NCBI GenBank assembly: GCA_051530055.1
Contig: CM121341.1
Location: 16,098,784-16,162,783, forward strand
Origin: Neoechinorhynchus agilis
Taxonomy: Eukaryota > Animalia > Acanthocephala
Length of the DNA stretch: 64,000 nt
Reading direction: 5' to 3'
The notes beneath the pieces are model-generated. The model saw nothing but the letters and a program-made list of their open reading frames with translations, ran no database searches and was not told where the DNA came from. Each line of letters begins with the position of its first letter. The stretch's first letter is position 1. Shown piece after piece: positions 50,301 through 61,851 of the stretch. Position numbers and translations under genes: made by a program.

Positions 50301-51325
50301 ACCTCCAGGAAGCGGGACTCATCAGTGAGTTTCCTCCCTTCAGCGGTATTTCGTCCCCTTTGGCTGTGCGTGATTAACCGTGCATTAGAGACTGTGGTTA
50401 TATCACTTCTCTGATGTAATTGGTTTGGCTTTATGCCTAAAAATAAGCCGGACAAGAAGGGACAAACTAAAATTTAATGATGATGAAAACAATACCGGCT
50501 TGCCAGTAAAAACTTAAAGTATTTTGAAAGTGATGTGAAAGTTGAAAAATAATTAAATTCGAGGGTCTTAGTAGTTGAAAAGCTATGAATGTAAACTCTA
50601 GCTTAAACCGTAAAGAATTTTGCAACGAAAATCAAGTAGATAGTGATTATCATTGCAAAAATAAGGCTAACTGTGCCGGTATGTAGATCGTTCCGGACTG
50701 TCAGCACTTTGCATCAACGGTTTTCTATGTCAATAAATACGCCTTGGTGCATTCATCTATAGTCCGATACTTTGTCCTTGAAGCTTAGACCGCATGGACG
50801 ACTTTGCCTACGAAATTCATCGTGGCGAGGTTCGTTTATGTTCGCATGAGTTCTTGGGCACCACTTACATCGTATACTCATTGAAACAAAAGTCTTACAG
50901 TTCAAAGAGGTAATGCGGACTGTTTGGAGTGTTTGTCTTTAATCATATGCTTTTTAAATTAATCCTTGGATTCAATAAGCAAGCTTTTTCCAAATCAAAG
51001 CTATTAAATCCTTGTTACTTACCGCATTTTGCACCCTTGAGTATTTTGAAATCATCTAAATCGGTTTAGAAGACTACGAGTTTCATTTTACTGGCTCCAG
51101 TGGAAGAAGTGATATATTTCATCACAATTGCATCATCCTTACGATAAGATTATTTTCACACCGTTGTTTATTCCAGGTCTCACTCACCTTTTGGAGTCTC
51201 AAAAATAAATGCCGCCAATATTAAACAAGTTGCTATTGACGCTGTGATTTGATTCAAACGTAAATCCAACGATTGTGATATTCTTACCGTCTCAGGATTG
51301 TAATTTTGTCATTATTCCTATCCAT
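47376..51325 (-). CDS. Putative multi-exon gene with hydrophobic segments and a DxD-like motif (glycosyltransferase-like?), divergent from TMEM63
   Basis: Short open exons bounded by AG/GT, e.g. 47376-47502 (YLARFYAIGEV..TITLDIDMIHTVWL), 48818-48849, an exon near 49215-49275 and a TM exon near 50610-50695; incomplete model, could be two genes. Confidence 0.35.
47660..48163 (-). CDS. Orphan ORF copy A (167 aa, C-terminal hydrophobic segment)
   Basis: Intact ORF inside a duplicated block of about 47643-48368; nearly identical to copy B. Confidence 0.5.
   Translation of the reverse strand: MNKHDSEYSCSFDSIKVEEILDQPSIIDNRKSFNREKYELEEGDLSILFSVDTTEYFKYIDCGDLERLFNWTSRRESRCDESKRTAKHENVTLNENLQTVGKQINKHRNFGFANPGKDDPSNEDVPMKVYQNFLSSHIFLNFLHALLLCICYFLWFSLTLVILNQSQ
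48454..48500 (+). ncRNA. Near-intact minimal hammerhead ribozyme
   Basis: AAUAUUA CUGAAGA G GUAAGC AAAAA GCUUAC GAAAUAUU UUAAAAU; perfect 6-bp stem II with compensatory changes relative to other copies; weak stem I. Confidence 0.72.
49143..49180 (-). ncRNA. Minimal PLE-type hammerhead relic (different subfamily)
   Basis: AAA CUGAUGA U GAA CCCGACGAGA UUC GAACC GUC UUU; one A of GAAA missing. Confidence 0.5.
49345..49430 (-). mobile_element. Very short CRE-type 3' tail fragment
   Basis: LAVQRENAGSVLSTITPG; matches 34425-34505. Confidence 0.7.
50055..50483. repeat. pLTR-like composite: about 110-bp inverted repeats (50055-50166, 50374-50483) plus a 104-bp-period tandem (50100-50201, 50204-50305)
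   Basis: Direct reading; the arms differ by a 2-nt indel and very few substitutions. Confidence 0.9.
50289..50357 (-). ncRNA. Hammerhead ribozyme with non-circularly permuted strand order
   Basis: GGGAC GAA AUACC gcugaaggga GGAAACUCA CUGAUGA GUCCC gcuuccugga GGUAU C UGAUGAUCC: all core nucleotides present; stem II 5 bp, stem III 5 bp, stem I 3 bp plus 3 bp. Confidence 0.7.
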
Positions 51326-51611
51326 TAGCCTTTGCTACTCTATCTTTTTTAAATTTAAGTCATTATCTGTTGCCCGCGTAAAACTATAAATTTCCGTTTG
51401 CACCCATCCAATACTCTGAACCCCGAAGTAAATTGTGATATAAAAAAATCAGTATGTATTTTACTTCAGCTTGTTGAGCATGCCCAATAAGCGCTTCTAA
51501 TTAAAACTAGAGCTTTAAATTCGCATAATGTCTCATTTTCCTTCTTATCGTGAAGATAATATTCATCAATTTATCTAAACACTTGAATCAGCGTTCGATC
51601 GAAATCCAAAG

Positions 51612-54600
51612 ATGAGCTTTAATAACGCTTCTCAATGTAACACAAATACACCCAATGGAACGCAATTCGGAAAAATATCTCAATATAATGGGATTCCGGA
51701 GAACTTAGTAGTTAACTTGATTTATTGGACTGTGAGATTTGTGAGGGACACGCATAATTATATCAAAAATTTAGATCGGAATGGTGATTTTCCTTTTATT
51801 CAGACAGTATGTCGCCAAATCCTACAAAGATGATACACAGTTAAGGAACAGGTTAATTTCACGATTACACTTATAAGGCCAATCGCGAACATTTAGGCTC
51901 TTAAACATGGTTACTTCTCCTACTCAAATTTCACGACAAGATGTTCTTAATCTTGTGAGTCGTTTTTGTTGTTCTAATTAATTTACGTTTAGAACCCATT
52001 TCGTATTGTATGGAATGTATTCAAGCTCACGTTTGTTTTACTTTGCACTTTTTTCTCGTATTATTATTCTTTGTTGATAGCCTTGATGATATTGGACAAC
52101 AATGTGGACCGGAAGCAACTCGGTACTTGTACTTTCAACGATTTCTCATTGGCTATGTCACAATTCTTTGTGTTCTTAATCTGGCGATTATATTGCCTAT
52201 AAATTTCCAGGGCACATTAGGTAAGGTGCACTTTTCTACGCATAAAAGTACAATCCTGAGTCCGTGATTTCTTAAAAGCCATTATTCTTTGAGTGCCACA
52301 ACCCATTTACGATTTCCAACCTGATCCATATAAAAATTAGTATGCTTTACAACTGAGCAGTAAAGACGAATTTTCAGCGTTTTTTGTTATGCGTGGCAAA
52401 TCTTGTATATACGATTTCTAACAGAGCTCTCAATGTCGAATTTTCTGAGTCATGTTATTGTCTTTTAAAGCTCATTGCGCTGAACTGCTTTTCATCTAAC
52501 GCAAAATGAAACCGTCTTTTATCGATTCTTGTAAAATTTACATATATATATCGTACTTTTCGCATCTGTTAAATAATCATAAAACCTGCGAAGCACAAAA
52601 AAGTTAATAAAGAGGGGTTTGAAGTCAAAAACTTTTAATAATTAAGATTATATTAAGTGCTTATATTAGATAAAATTCAATACTTGACCTTTAAATATTA
52701 AATTTGAAAATGTTTATTTTAAATCATGTAGTAGTCATACCCTTAATGTTGAGATATGCCATAAAAGGGCGCATTTTTATTTGTCCTTAGAAAGACATAC
52801 TCATCACTTATGGAATTTGTTGAACGCTTTAATTAAAACTATAGCTGTATTTTTCTCGACTATGAATTAAAATGTTCCATTTTTAGGTGCTAATTCATCG
52901 CAATTCGCGGCAACCACAATGATGAACATTAATGCTGGGTATAAGGTCTTTTGTAGCACGAAACTAAGTCCAAAGTGTCTTTATGCCAGGTCTCCTTTCC
53001 TTTATGCCCATGTGATTGTTCAATTTATTGGATCTTTGATTGGGTTTGGCTTTTTTATTCAATACACGAAGTCAAGTGACATCGTGGTTAAAGCAACGGT
53101 ATGAACCGCGCAGAGTAAACGATATCTAAGACTGTACAGCAAAAAACTACATTGATGATTCGCAAAGTGCCCGTTAACTGCTGCTCACGTGAACTTCTCG
53201 TCCGTTATTTCAAGTTAGCTTCTTTTGTAATTTCCAAAACTACGAATGGAATCAATAGTCAGAGCATTCCTGAGGTTAAGGTCATAGATGCTACGATCAT
53301 GTACCCCCTTTGGGAAGCAAACCGTGCCGAAATTCAGCGGTTGGATAGTTTTTCCTTGGATAAATTTTATTTAAAATTCGATTTCTAGGAACTATCGTTG
53401 CGTCCTAGTGAATAGCTGTGACGAATTAGAGGAAATGCACGGGAGTGCTGGAGATGTTACTTCTTGCTGTAGTGGACACCTTATCGATTCATGCTGCTGT
53501 TGTTCATGCGGAAACAAGGTTTTATTGCTGCTCTTTATTTTTTAGTACTAATAGAGTTTCACAGTATAATGCTCGTGACTACTATATAGAGATGCTAAAT
53601 GAAGCCGACCGTGAAGTACAAAAGTTATGTGAGATAGCAATGAAGACACCAACTGGAATTGTATTTGTAACCTTTGAAAGTTACTTGCACGCCGCGATGT
53701 GAGTAGGGTGGCTGGGTATCCCTAATCTCCGCATCAAGTTTCCACTCAATCTTTCCCAATGTTGTCCCCTTAAAAGCATTATTGTAAAAATATGTTCTAA
53801 AATCGGAATTAACATTGGTCGTATTTTCCGCGTAATATATAAAGTATCATTAATAAAATTTGAAGACAAAATTTCTTTATGTTAATGCTATTTGACAAGA
53901 TATGTGACCTTTTCGAAAGGTATAGGATGCGTAAGAAATTGTAGATTAGAATATTGATAATTAAATTATTTTATCTTCAAATATAGCCACATGTATCTTC
54001 GGTCAAAATTTATTCCGTGTCGTATCTATTTGCATTTACTTTCTACATCGTCGATGTGTCTAGAATACATCTAATTTCCATTACTACTATCCAAATCTAA
54101 GAAATCTTTGAGCGTTAGATCTTTCAAAAATCTTAATCTGCCATATCATAAATCCGAATGTTCTATAATACCTTAAAGCGGTTTTTTATAATTTTAGTGC
54201 AAAAGATTACATCAAGTCAATGCGTTGTTCGTCCACGACTCCAGTTGATATCGACAATGAATACGGAGTCAAGAAATGGGTTGTTAAATATGCCACTGAA
54301 GCGAATAATGTTCAATGGTAATTATCTAAAGTATAATCGACGTCATCAGTCGCGGCGATATCACAGGGAAAGTATGTCGGAACATGGATTCATGTGGTAC
54401 TTACGTATTATTCTCCTTAATTGCTCTCTGTTTTACTTGGCCATCATTTTGTCAACTCCATCAATGGTGTTGAACACAATCGACAAGATGCTCACTTCAA
54501 CTGAAGCTATCAATATTAATGTCTCTGTGAGTAGGAAGTTGATTTTTCACTCACAATTCTAGTTAATCACAGTCATTTCTACCAACGTTCTTTATAAACA

Positions 54601-56310
54601 TCCTCCCGGTTATTCTCCTTCAAATGACATCATCCGTTCTACCAGTTGTAATTGGCTATACAGGCTATTTAGAGCGCCATTGGAAAAGGTAACGAATGGA
54701 ATACATAATTTAAGTAAAAAGAACTTTCAAGATCAACTCGGATTATAACCCACGTATTCAAATCGTATTTCTTTGTACTTCTGACGGTTCTCATAATACC
54801 TTCGCTTGGATTGATGAGGTAAGTTCACTAGAAGTGTTTTTGAAATTACGTTTCTTCAAGTTTGAATGTAGCATCTCGAGAGCACAAGTTTTCACTGAAT
54901 GTCAATGAAAGCAACAAAAATATTAATATCCGTCATGATAACATTCGGGTGAAAAGTAATCCTCTTGTAGCGATTCACATCCCGAGAGTCAGTTTTATTT
55001 TGTAATATTTCGTGGGCCATATTCACCTTTTCAAACATTGTCATTGTTTGTAAGTTTTTAAATGTGTGAGTATGACAATGTTTGAAAAGGTGGAAATGGC
55101 CCGCGAAATATTACAAAATAAAACTGACTCGCGGGTGTGAATCGCCACAAGAGGAAAAATATTAATTTTTATTTGTCGAATGAAGAGTTTACTTTTAACT
55201 AATATGTTAGGTATTTCTTTACACATTCTTTTTTCCGAATTAGTAACATTCGTCGAATTTTCCCCTAATTCCTAAATTTAAACATCCGAAGTTCGCATGG
55301 TTTATCCCGCGCTAAATTTTATGCATTCTCGTACTAAGTTTCTTATTTGTGTTATTATTAAGAAATTTGATAGTCATGAATTTTTCTCTGATTTTAAATC
55401 ACTTCACTTTGCATATTATAGCATAACTGGATTTCTTCGTTGGCTTTTCCAAATCGACTACAACGAAGATGGATTTAAATTTCAATGGCAGTAAGTATCG
55501 AATGCATTATTTGATCCTTGATTATATAATAGATGCATTTTCTTGCCCGATAACGGAGCATTCTATGTGAATTACCTGATTACCTCAGCATTGATGACTT
55601 CTGTCAATAATTTACTAGGATTAGCAAATACTCTCGGTCTCTGGATCAGTCAACTAATGGCGGAATCAGCTCCTATGCGCCATGCCTTTTATCAAGTACC
55701 GTGCAATATTCTAAAATTTTCGCGACTGCAAAGTTTTCCATTTTAGCTTTACACTACTCCATTTTCGTACAACGGCAGTTATGCCAGACTTCTCGTTAAT
55801 TTGTGTATAGTTACTACCTACGGCGTGATTTGCCCTCTTGTTACACCAGTAGGTAAGTTCTTAGAAACTTGAATACTTGCAATAATTTAAACATTGCGCT
55901 CAGGACTTTTGTTTTTTATCAGCAATTACTACACCGACAAGTATCTCATCTACTATGCGTCAGCACCAACTCTTATTAAACAAAGAATCCATTTGGCTGC
56001 CGTTCGATGTGGATCCCTTGGAATGATCGTTGCACCCTCATTTCTTCTTGTTTTCACAATTTTAAAAAGCGAAACTCTGAGAGAACCTCTGTTCATTATT
56101 CAACTCATTATATTGATCATCACCGTCGTGGTCGCAATTCTTGGAAGACATCTTCCTTTGGATCGGATATTCGAAAGAGCACTTAGTTCGTTGCAAAGCG
56201 TAAGTGCTAATCGATAGACTCCGTAGATCTCACGCTTAATGCAGATTCCGTTTCTCAATGAATCTCTGGTCAATGAGCGCGAATTAAAGTTCGAAGTTCG
56301 TCTTTACTGA
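51612..56310 (+). CDS. TMEM63: TMEM63/OSCA/CSC1-family mechanosensitive channel, many short introns
   Basis: YNGIPENL..NL, IGQQCGPEATRYL.FQR, IILPINFQG, TGIVFVTF, LPDNGAFYVNYLIT.A, YG.ICPL..P.GLLFF..Y.TDKY.IYY; the last exon 56245-56310 ends in TGA. Confidence 0.93.
54961..55154. repeat. 83-bp-arm hairpin in a TMEM63 intron, made of two inverted hammerhead-relic copies
   Basis: Arms about 54961-55045 and 55071-55154, roughly 90% identical; each carries UGU UUGAAAA G GUGG..CCCRC GAAAUAUU ACA; the spacer contains acttacaaacaat as at 41339. Confidence 0.75.
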
Positions 56311-56756
56311 GCGTTCTGTTGTGCTCCGTTTTCGCCTGTCATTTTAGAGATACTATCCGCATTATATTCTACCGTTTATAAAGGACGAATACAAAGATGA
56401 TCACGAAAACGAGAAAGTTGAAACGGATACCATCTTAGAGGAGCTAATTGATGACCAAAAGGAGATAAATCTCCATGGCAGCAAATAAAGTCAAGATGCT
56501 TATGCTGGCGCCAAGAAACAAGACTTTCCATAATATTGTGCATATTTAAAGATTTTTTGCGCTGTCTAATAATGCTTGGAAGTTTTCATTTTCGCTAATA
56601 TTCATCCACGTATTTAAGAATCAGCTCATTTGAAAGGGTTCTACAAATCGACAGAAATTCCGAGTCTTACTCTTACTCACATTATTTAACCGAGTATTCC
56701 ATCTGTCTACTCTTATAATTTTTTAAATTTATTGTTTTGTTAAATCAATGAACATT

Positions 56757-57263
56757 TCATTCCTGTGATTGGTTCAGTATAACTAAAGTCAACGAGAACC
56801 ACAAAAAATAACAAATACACAGCAATAAAGCGTGTAGAAAGTTCAGAAAAATATGTGATGACAAGAAGTTTTGGTAAACTTTCATCGGCACATCTTCATT
56901 TGATGGATCGTCTTTTCCCGGATTTGCAAATCCGAAATTTCTGTGTTTATTTATTTGCTTTCCAACTGTTTGAAGATTTTCGCTTAAAGTGACGTTTTCG
57001 TGTTTTGCAGTCCTTTTTGATTCGTCGCATCTTGATTCTCGCTCGGACGTCCAATTGAACAGCTTTTCTAGGTCACCGCAATCAATATACTTAAAATACT
57101 CAGTCGCATCCACTGAAAAAAGAATTGAAAGATCGCCTTCCTCCAGTTCGTATTTTTCCCGATTAAAGGATTTTCGATTGTCGATGATTGACGGCTGATC
57201 TAGGATTTCTTCTACTTTAATCGAGTCAAAGCTACAGGAATATTCTGAATCGTGTTTGTTCAT
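56757..57263 (-). CDS. Orphan ORF copy B (168 aa), convergent with TMEM63
   Basis: Offset 9100 bp from copy A; 7 substitutions counted across the ORF, no indels. Confidence 0.5.
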   Translation of the reverse strand: MNKHDSEYSCSFDSIKVEEILDQPSIIDNRKSFNREKYELEEGDLSILFSVDATEYFKYIDCGDLEKLFNWTSERESRCDESKRTAKHENVTLSENLQTVGKQINKHRNFGFANPGKDDPSNEDVPMKVYQNFLSSHIFLNFLHALLLCICYFLWFSLTLVILNQSQE

Positions 57264-58796
57264 TGTTACAATATCGGCAATTTGTTATTAGTAAACTTAA
57301 TTTAGAAGAACACACATCGCCATAGTGACGAATGTGGAATGTTTCGAATGAAGATTACGCATCGTCAAATTGCTGGCTATCAAATCGATTTCAGTCGTTT
57401 TTGAGCGCTTTCTTCATATGGCGAATTTTATGAACAAAGACGAAACCAAATTAAAGTTCTTGCCGCAAATCCATATATTAAAAGAACTTGACGATTACGC
57501 AACGGTTTAAATTGCCAGCTTCAAATCTTACGTTTTGTCTTTTTTTAAAGTGAAAAAACGCTTGTTATACGATTTTTTGGTCTTTTGTTAGGCTCTTGTT
57601 TGCATTTTCTGATTCGACCCTTAATGCTCCCTTTTGAAATAAAAGTGCGTTCTCGATCATCGCCATTTACTGTCCCTCCTGTGTTTCGATAGTCAACCTC
57701 CGATTTAACCTTTTATGTTTTGCTAATATAACATCAATTACTATCTGGAAATTCAAAATTTTCCTCATCTTATGTAGCGTATTTATTGCCCGCTTGCCGT
57801 CTCCCCAGTTGAGCATTGCGTAAAAGTTTCTTTTTTAACCTTACTGTTTCCCTGACTGAAGGGCAATATAGTTCTAAGTTACCGAAATTTCCCATACCTT
57901 TTCTTTGGGATTCAATCGTCAGCTCTCGTTTAGTTGGTTTAAGTGCAATGGGGTTCTTTATCAACAACATATCCGTTAATCACTGTTGGGATTTGATGGT
58001 CCTCTTCAGATTAGTCTTTTTGTCATTTTGATTTAACAGGCATTGCGTTCTTGAACATCTCGATTCCTTAACCCTCTCTTGGGTTTCAATTACTCGCTTG
58101 TTTTTTTGAACGATTATGTCTTATTTATTGAATTGCAATGGCGTCATTGTACATCATGACTTTTTATATCCTAGCTGCTCAATGTTTCCTTTTTTGAAGT
58201 GCAATGGCGTTCTTATTATCAAAAATTAACTATATGTTCACTTTGGCCTTGATCGCCTGATAGATGGCAACACGGGTAATGACCACAGTTTGCTTGCTAA
58301 CATAAAAACTGAGTTAGAAACTAGTTTCAAATTTGGAGCCTAATTGTTCATCCTGCAATGGGCTTAAAAATAATTGAACTATAGCACACTAAGTTAGTTT
58401 CTATTCAAGTTGCAATTTTTCCTTTTTTCATGGGATATCGATCAACACTAATCATCTAAACAACTGTGTTCTCCTATTCTGAATTTTTCCTCGTCATCCT
58501 TTTTAATATGTTTGTTAGTGAGTTGAACTAAACTTTGTGTCTGTCTCGAATGGAAATAAAACTAAATAGCGGTGATTCTAGGATACCGATGCTAAAAAAA
58601 TAGTTCACGTTGATCGATTCTTGCTGTAGATCGGTTGCACACATTGCCTTGGCGAATTAGTCTTAAATTTCGAATCATCTGCCAATTGTTTTGTTAAATA
58701 AGCACCGAAAATGTTCAGCGATTATTGTAGGTGTACAGCTAAAATCATAAAACGGTTCCCAAAGGTTTTAGAATTACAAATTAGGCATTAAATCAC

Positions 58797-59258
58797 TTAT
58801 TTATTTTCCTGTGATTTAATAACACCCATATCACTTTCATGCAATTCTTTGAGACGCTTGAGCAGTGCCTCGAGTTTGTCATCCTCAATTTTTTCTTCAA
58901 TGGTTGGAATTAAATTCTTTGCCTCCTCCGCGCTCGTTGGCACGAGATTTATAAGCATTGTGAGCTCGTACGGATGTACATTAAACGTTGTTGCGATCAA
59001 TCTTGTAGCGTCATTTAAAAAGCGTTCAGTCTTGAACTTTGCAACCTTTTCGTAATACTCAAAAAGTTTCTGCATTTCGGCTGGGAACTTCGGTCTTTTA
59101 TTTGTGTTGCGTTCCTTCAAAATTATGTATACTTCGCTCACTGTAGCAAAACGAGCACCCTCGGCCATCTCTGGCAGATTTAAATACAGGGCGTCTTCAT
59201 TGCAAGACGAAGGATCAAAGGCGCAAAACACTAAATTTGAATTGTCTTCTTCGCTCAT
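58797..59258 (-). CDS. RPB4: RNA polymerase II subunit RPB4 (divergent), intronless; probable start MSEED at 59258
   Basis: A.F..VSEVY.IL, HPYELTMLINLVPTSAEEAKNLIPTIEEKIEDDKLEALL matches the RPB4/HRDC pattern. Confidence 0.85.
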   Translation of the reverse strand: MSEEDNSNLVFCAFDPSSCNEDALYLNLPEMAEGARFATVSEVYIILKERNTNKRPKFPAEMQKLFEYYEKVAKFKTERFLNDATRLIATTFNVHPYELTMLINLVPTSAEEAKNLIPTIEEKIEDDKLEALLKRLKELHESDMGVIKSQENK

Positions 59259-60089
59259 CTGAATTTTAGTACTTTTATACAAATTTTAGGGCGGAGTGAT
59301 TTCTCTTTTGGATGGCGAAAAAAAGGACATATCGCTCAATGAGTTGAAATTATAAATATATACAAGGGTTAATGTAAAACTCATTCTAGAAAGCGCCTCC
59401 TATTGCATGATTTACAGGCGTAATTTGTAAACCTGAAATTTTTTGACCTTTTTGAACGCTGTTGTCAATTTTTGTTTAAATTTCAATGACGTTTAATGTT
59501 GCTTTTATCTATTGTAGAGAACGCGAATTTCACAATGGTGATATTGCATTGTTGTGTGATCTTGAATTCTAACGATGATAAAGCACACCAACTATTATAC
59601 GCATCTATTACAAAGAGATGAAGAAGTGAGTCACTCCTGAAGGTCTACCGCTCTACATGGATATTCCGCGACATCAATTTCCGCCTTTTATTATGTTCAA
59701 ATCTCTGAAGTTTTATTTAAATCAAATTAAGTGTACTAAGCCACTTAGAGCGTGATAAAGCCCTTGAATATATTAGTCGTTAATCGCAAAAACAAATTTT
59801 GTTTCATATTTTCATGTTCACTTTTTATTTATAACAAGACCCAATTAGTGTTATCTTTGATGGGTTATAAAAGGTAAGCAATTTCCATAATCCGTCGACC
59901 TCAACGTAAGCCCATTCGATGTGTGAATTTAAACTGTACACTCCTTCATTTTCAAAATTCCTTTTTGTCCTCAATTTTTTACAATTGTAGTACATCGGCA
60001 AAGTCGTGCTTACTGATCGGGTGAAAATCAATTAACAATCCAATTTCCTCCTGTTTCAATATCAATGCTGACCGTTCACTACTTCGAGC

Positions 60090-60790
60090 CTGTTCCGATT
60101 TCAGTATAAACTCCTGGCAGATCCATTGGCTGGTCTCTTATCTTCAAAATCACCAACAATACATTCAGTGCAGGGTTACCCCCTTTATCAGCCTATCCCT
60201 CACCAAAGGCGTACCTCAAAGTGTCGCCTTGTCACCACCTCTTTTTAATATTTTTTAAGCCAACTTAATCCTCTCTCCTCTCCTTCTAAACTTTTCTAAT
60301 ATGCCAACGATCTAACACCCTCGTCAATCAAACAACGAAACTTCTTTCATGTTTAAATCTAACAAAATCATGTTCATCATAGATTTCTGCACCAATCACA
60401 AACCCTATGTGATTTTTTCTAAATGCTTCGAGTTGATACCCTCACTCTCTCGGAATCCCACATCTAATCCGATCTATCGAATGACATCCGACGAGTCACA
60501 TCATTCAGAATTCTCGGTCTCCAATTTCAACTAAATCGGAAATGGGACTCGCACATTACACTTTCCCTCAAACGCAATACTGTCCAACCTCCTCGGATAT
60601 CATGACACGAAATAAATGTGAGGAAAGACAACCTCGCAAACTCTCCTGCAAACAATAACTGCCCATTCCCACCCTATCGGACCAGTAATCCATCCAAAAT
60701 CAACAGCTACATTCATTTATCCTATCAGAACTCGGGTGTCCACGGGGCTTCATCAATAAAACGTGTTATTACAAATAGAGTTTAATTAAG
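60090..60790 (+). mobile_element. Decayed CR1/L2-type LINE RT fragment with 3' UTR
   Basis: WLVSYL, GVPQS..LSP.LFNI, YAND (YADD), ILGL...KWDSHI; ends aataaaacgtgttatt like the other family members. Confidence 0.75.
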
Positions 60791-61851
60791 AATGTAATAT
60801 TAATGTTCTAATATGGTTTTTGCTATCCCCCAGTACAAGAAGCATCCGCGACTTTGTAAAGCTGTGGATTCAAATAATTCAGACCTAGGTGAACGAATTT
60901 CGCTGGTTGCACTACGACTTCTATTTCATAGACCATGTCTTCGAAGACCGGATTGGTTACTTTGAAATGAATAAGAATAGTTTGTCCGCCCACGTCACCA
61001 CACGGACGAACGTCGCGAGTTCTGAAGGAGAAGCTGCCTCATAAGCTCCTCCTGGTCAGCGACACTAAAGACCACGGAGAGAAGAGCACTAAAGACGAGA
61101 ATTGATTTCATTTTTACCGCTAAGGAATATAACCAACACAAGATTCTAACCTTGATTGACTTTATTGACTATATAGAAGCTAAATGTGTTTCATTTGCTA
61201 ACTGAGCACTGCGAACATCGACCAAATTCCCGGGTATTTTTCGGTGCCACCAGATCTTGCCCTCCTTGTTTATTAGCTTCACTAAACAATTTAGTTCGCA
61301 CAGTCATTTAATGAATGCCTCTTTCCAAGGTACAACATTTTAAATCACATGTTGATTTCTAACAATTATATGTACACAAAATCGACGCAAAAGAGGATGA
61401 AAAACCACATTAATGTTGATAATGTTGGTTGTATTCAGTCCCATATCCTTAATGTTTCATCTTGAAATATTTCTCGATATCACTGAGATAATTAAACAGT
61501 GCATTAAAAGTAAAACAATACAAATTTTAGAAAAAATCATATTATTAGCTACAAAATAAATGACACATAACGAACAATTTTTTCTTAAAAGACTTGCAGC
61601 ATTCGCACCTGAACAGCGAAACAGCGTTAAACGATTAAATATTTGTATAAAAAACTTTAAATAAATTTTCATCTCTTATTTCACTTTACCTTTATATTGT
61701 GGTGTTCATTGATAACTGATAATTAGGAAAGTATTGTAGCCAATCAGCTTACAGCGCAAGAATTAACACTCAATGCATCTTCATTGCGAGAAAGTTATTC
61801 CCACTAGCTTTTTTTCATTCCTCTCATCGATACATATTCAGCTATCAAACA

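Noticed and set aside
57770-58260. Recurring tgcaatgg(c/g)gt motif giving TPLH/TPLQ-like peptides on the minus strand (ankyrin-like?)
   Set aside because: Irregular spacing, multiple stops, no full ankyrin consensus.
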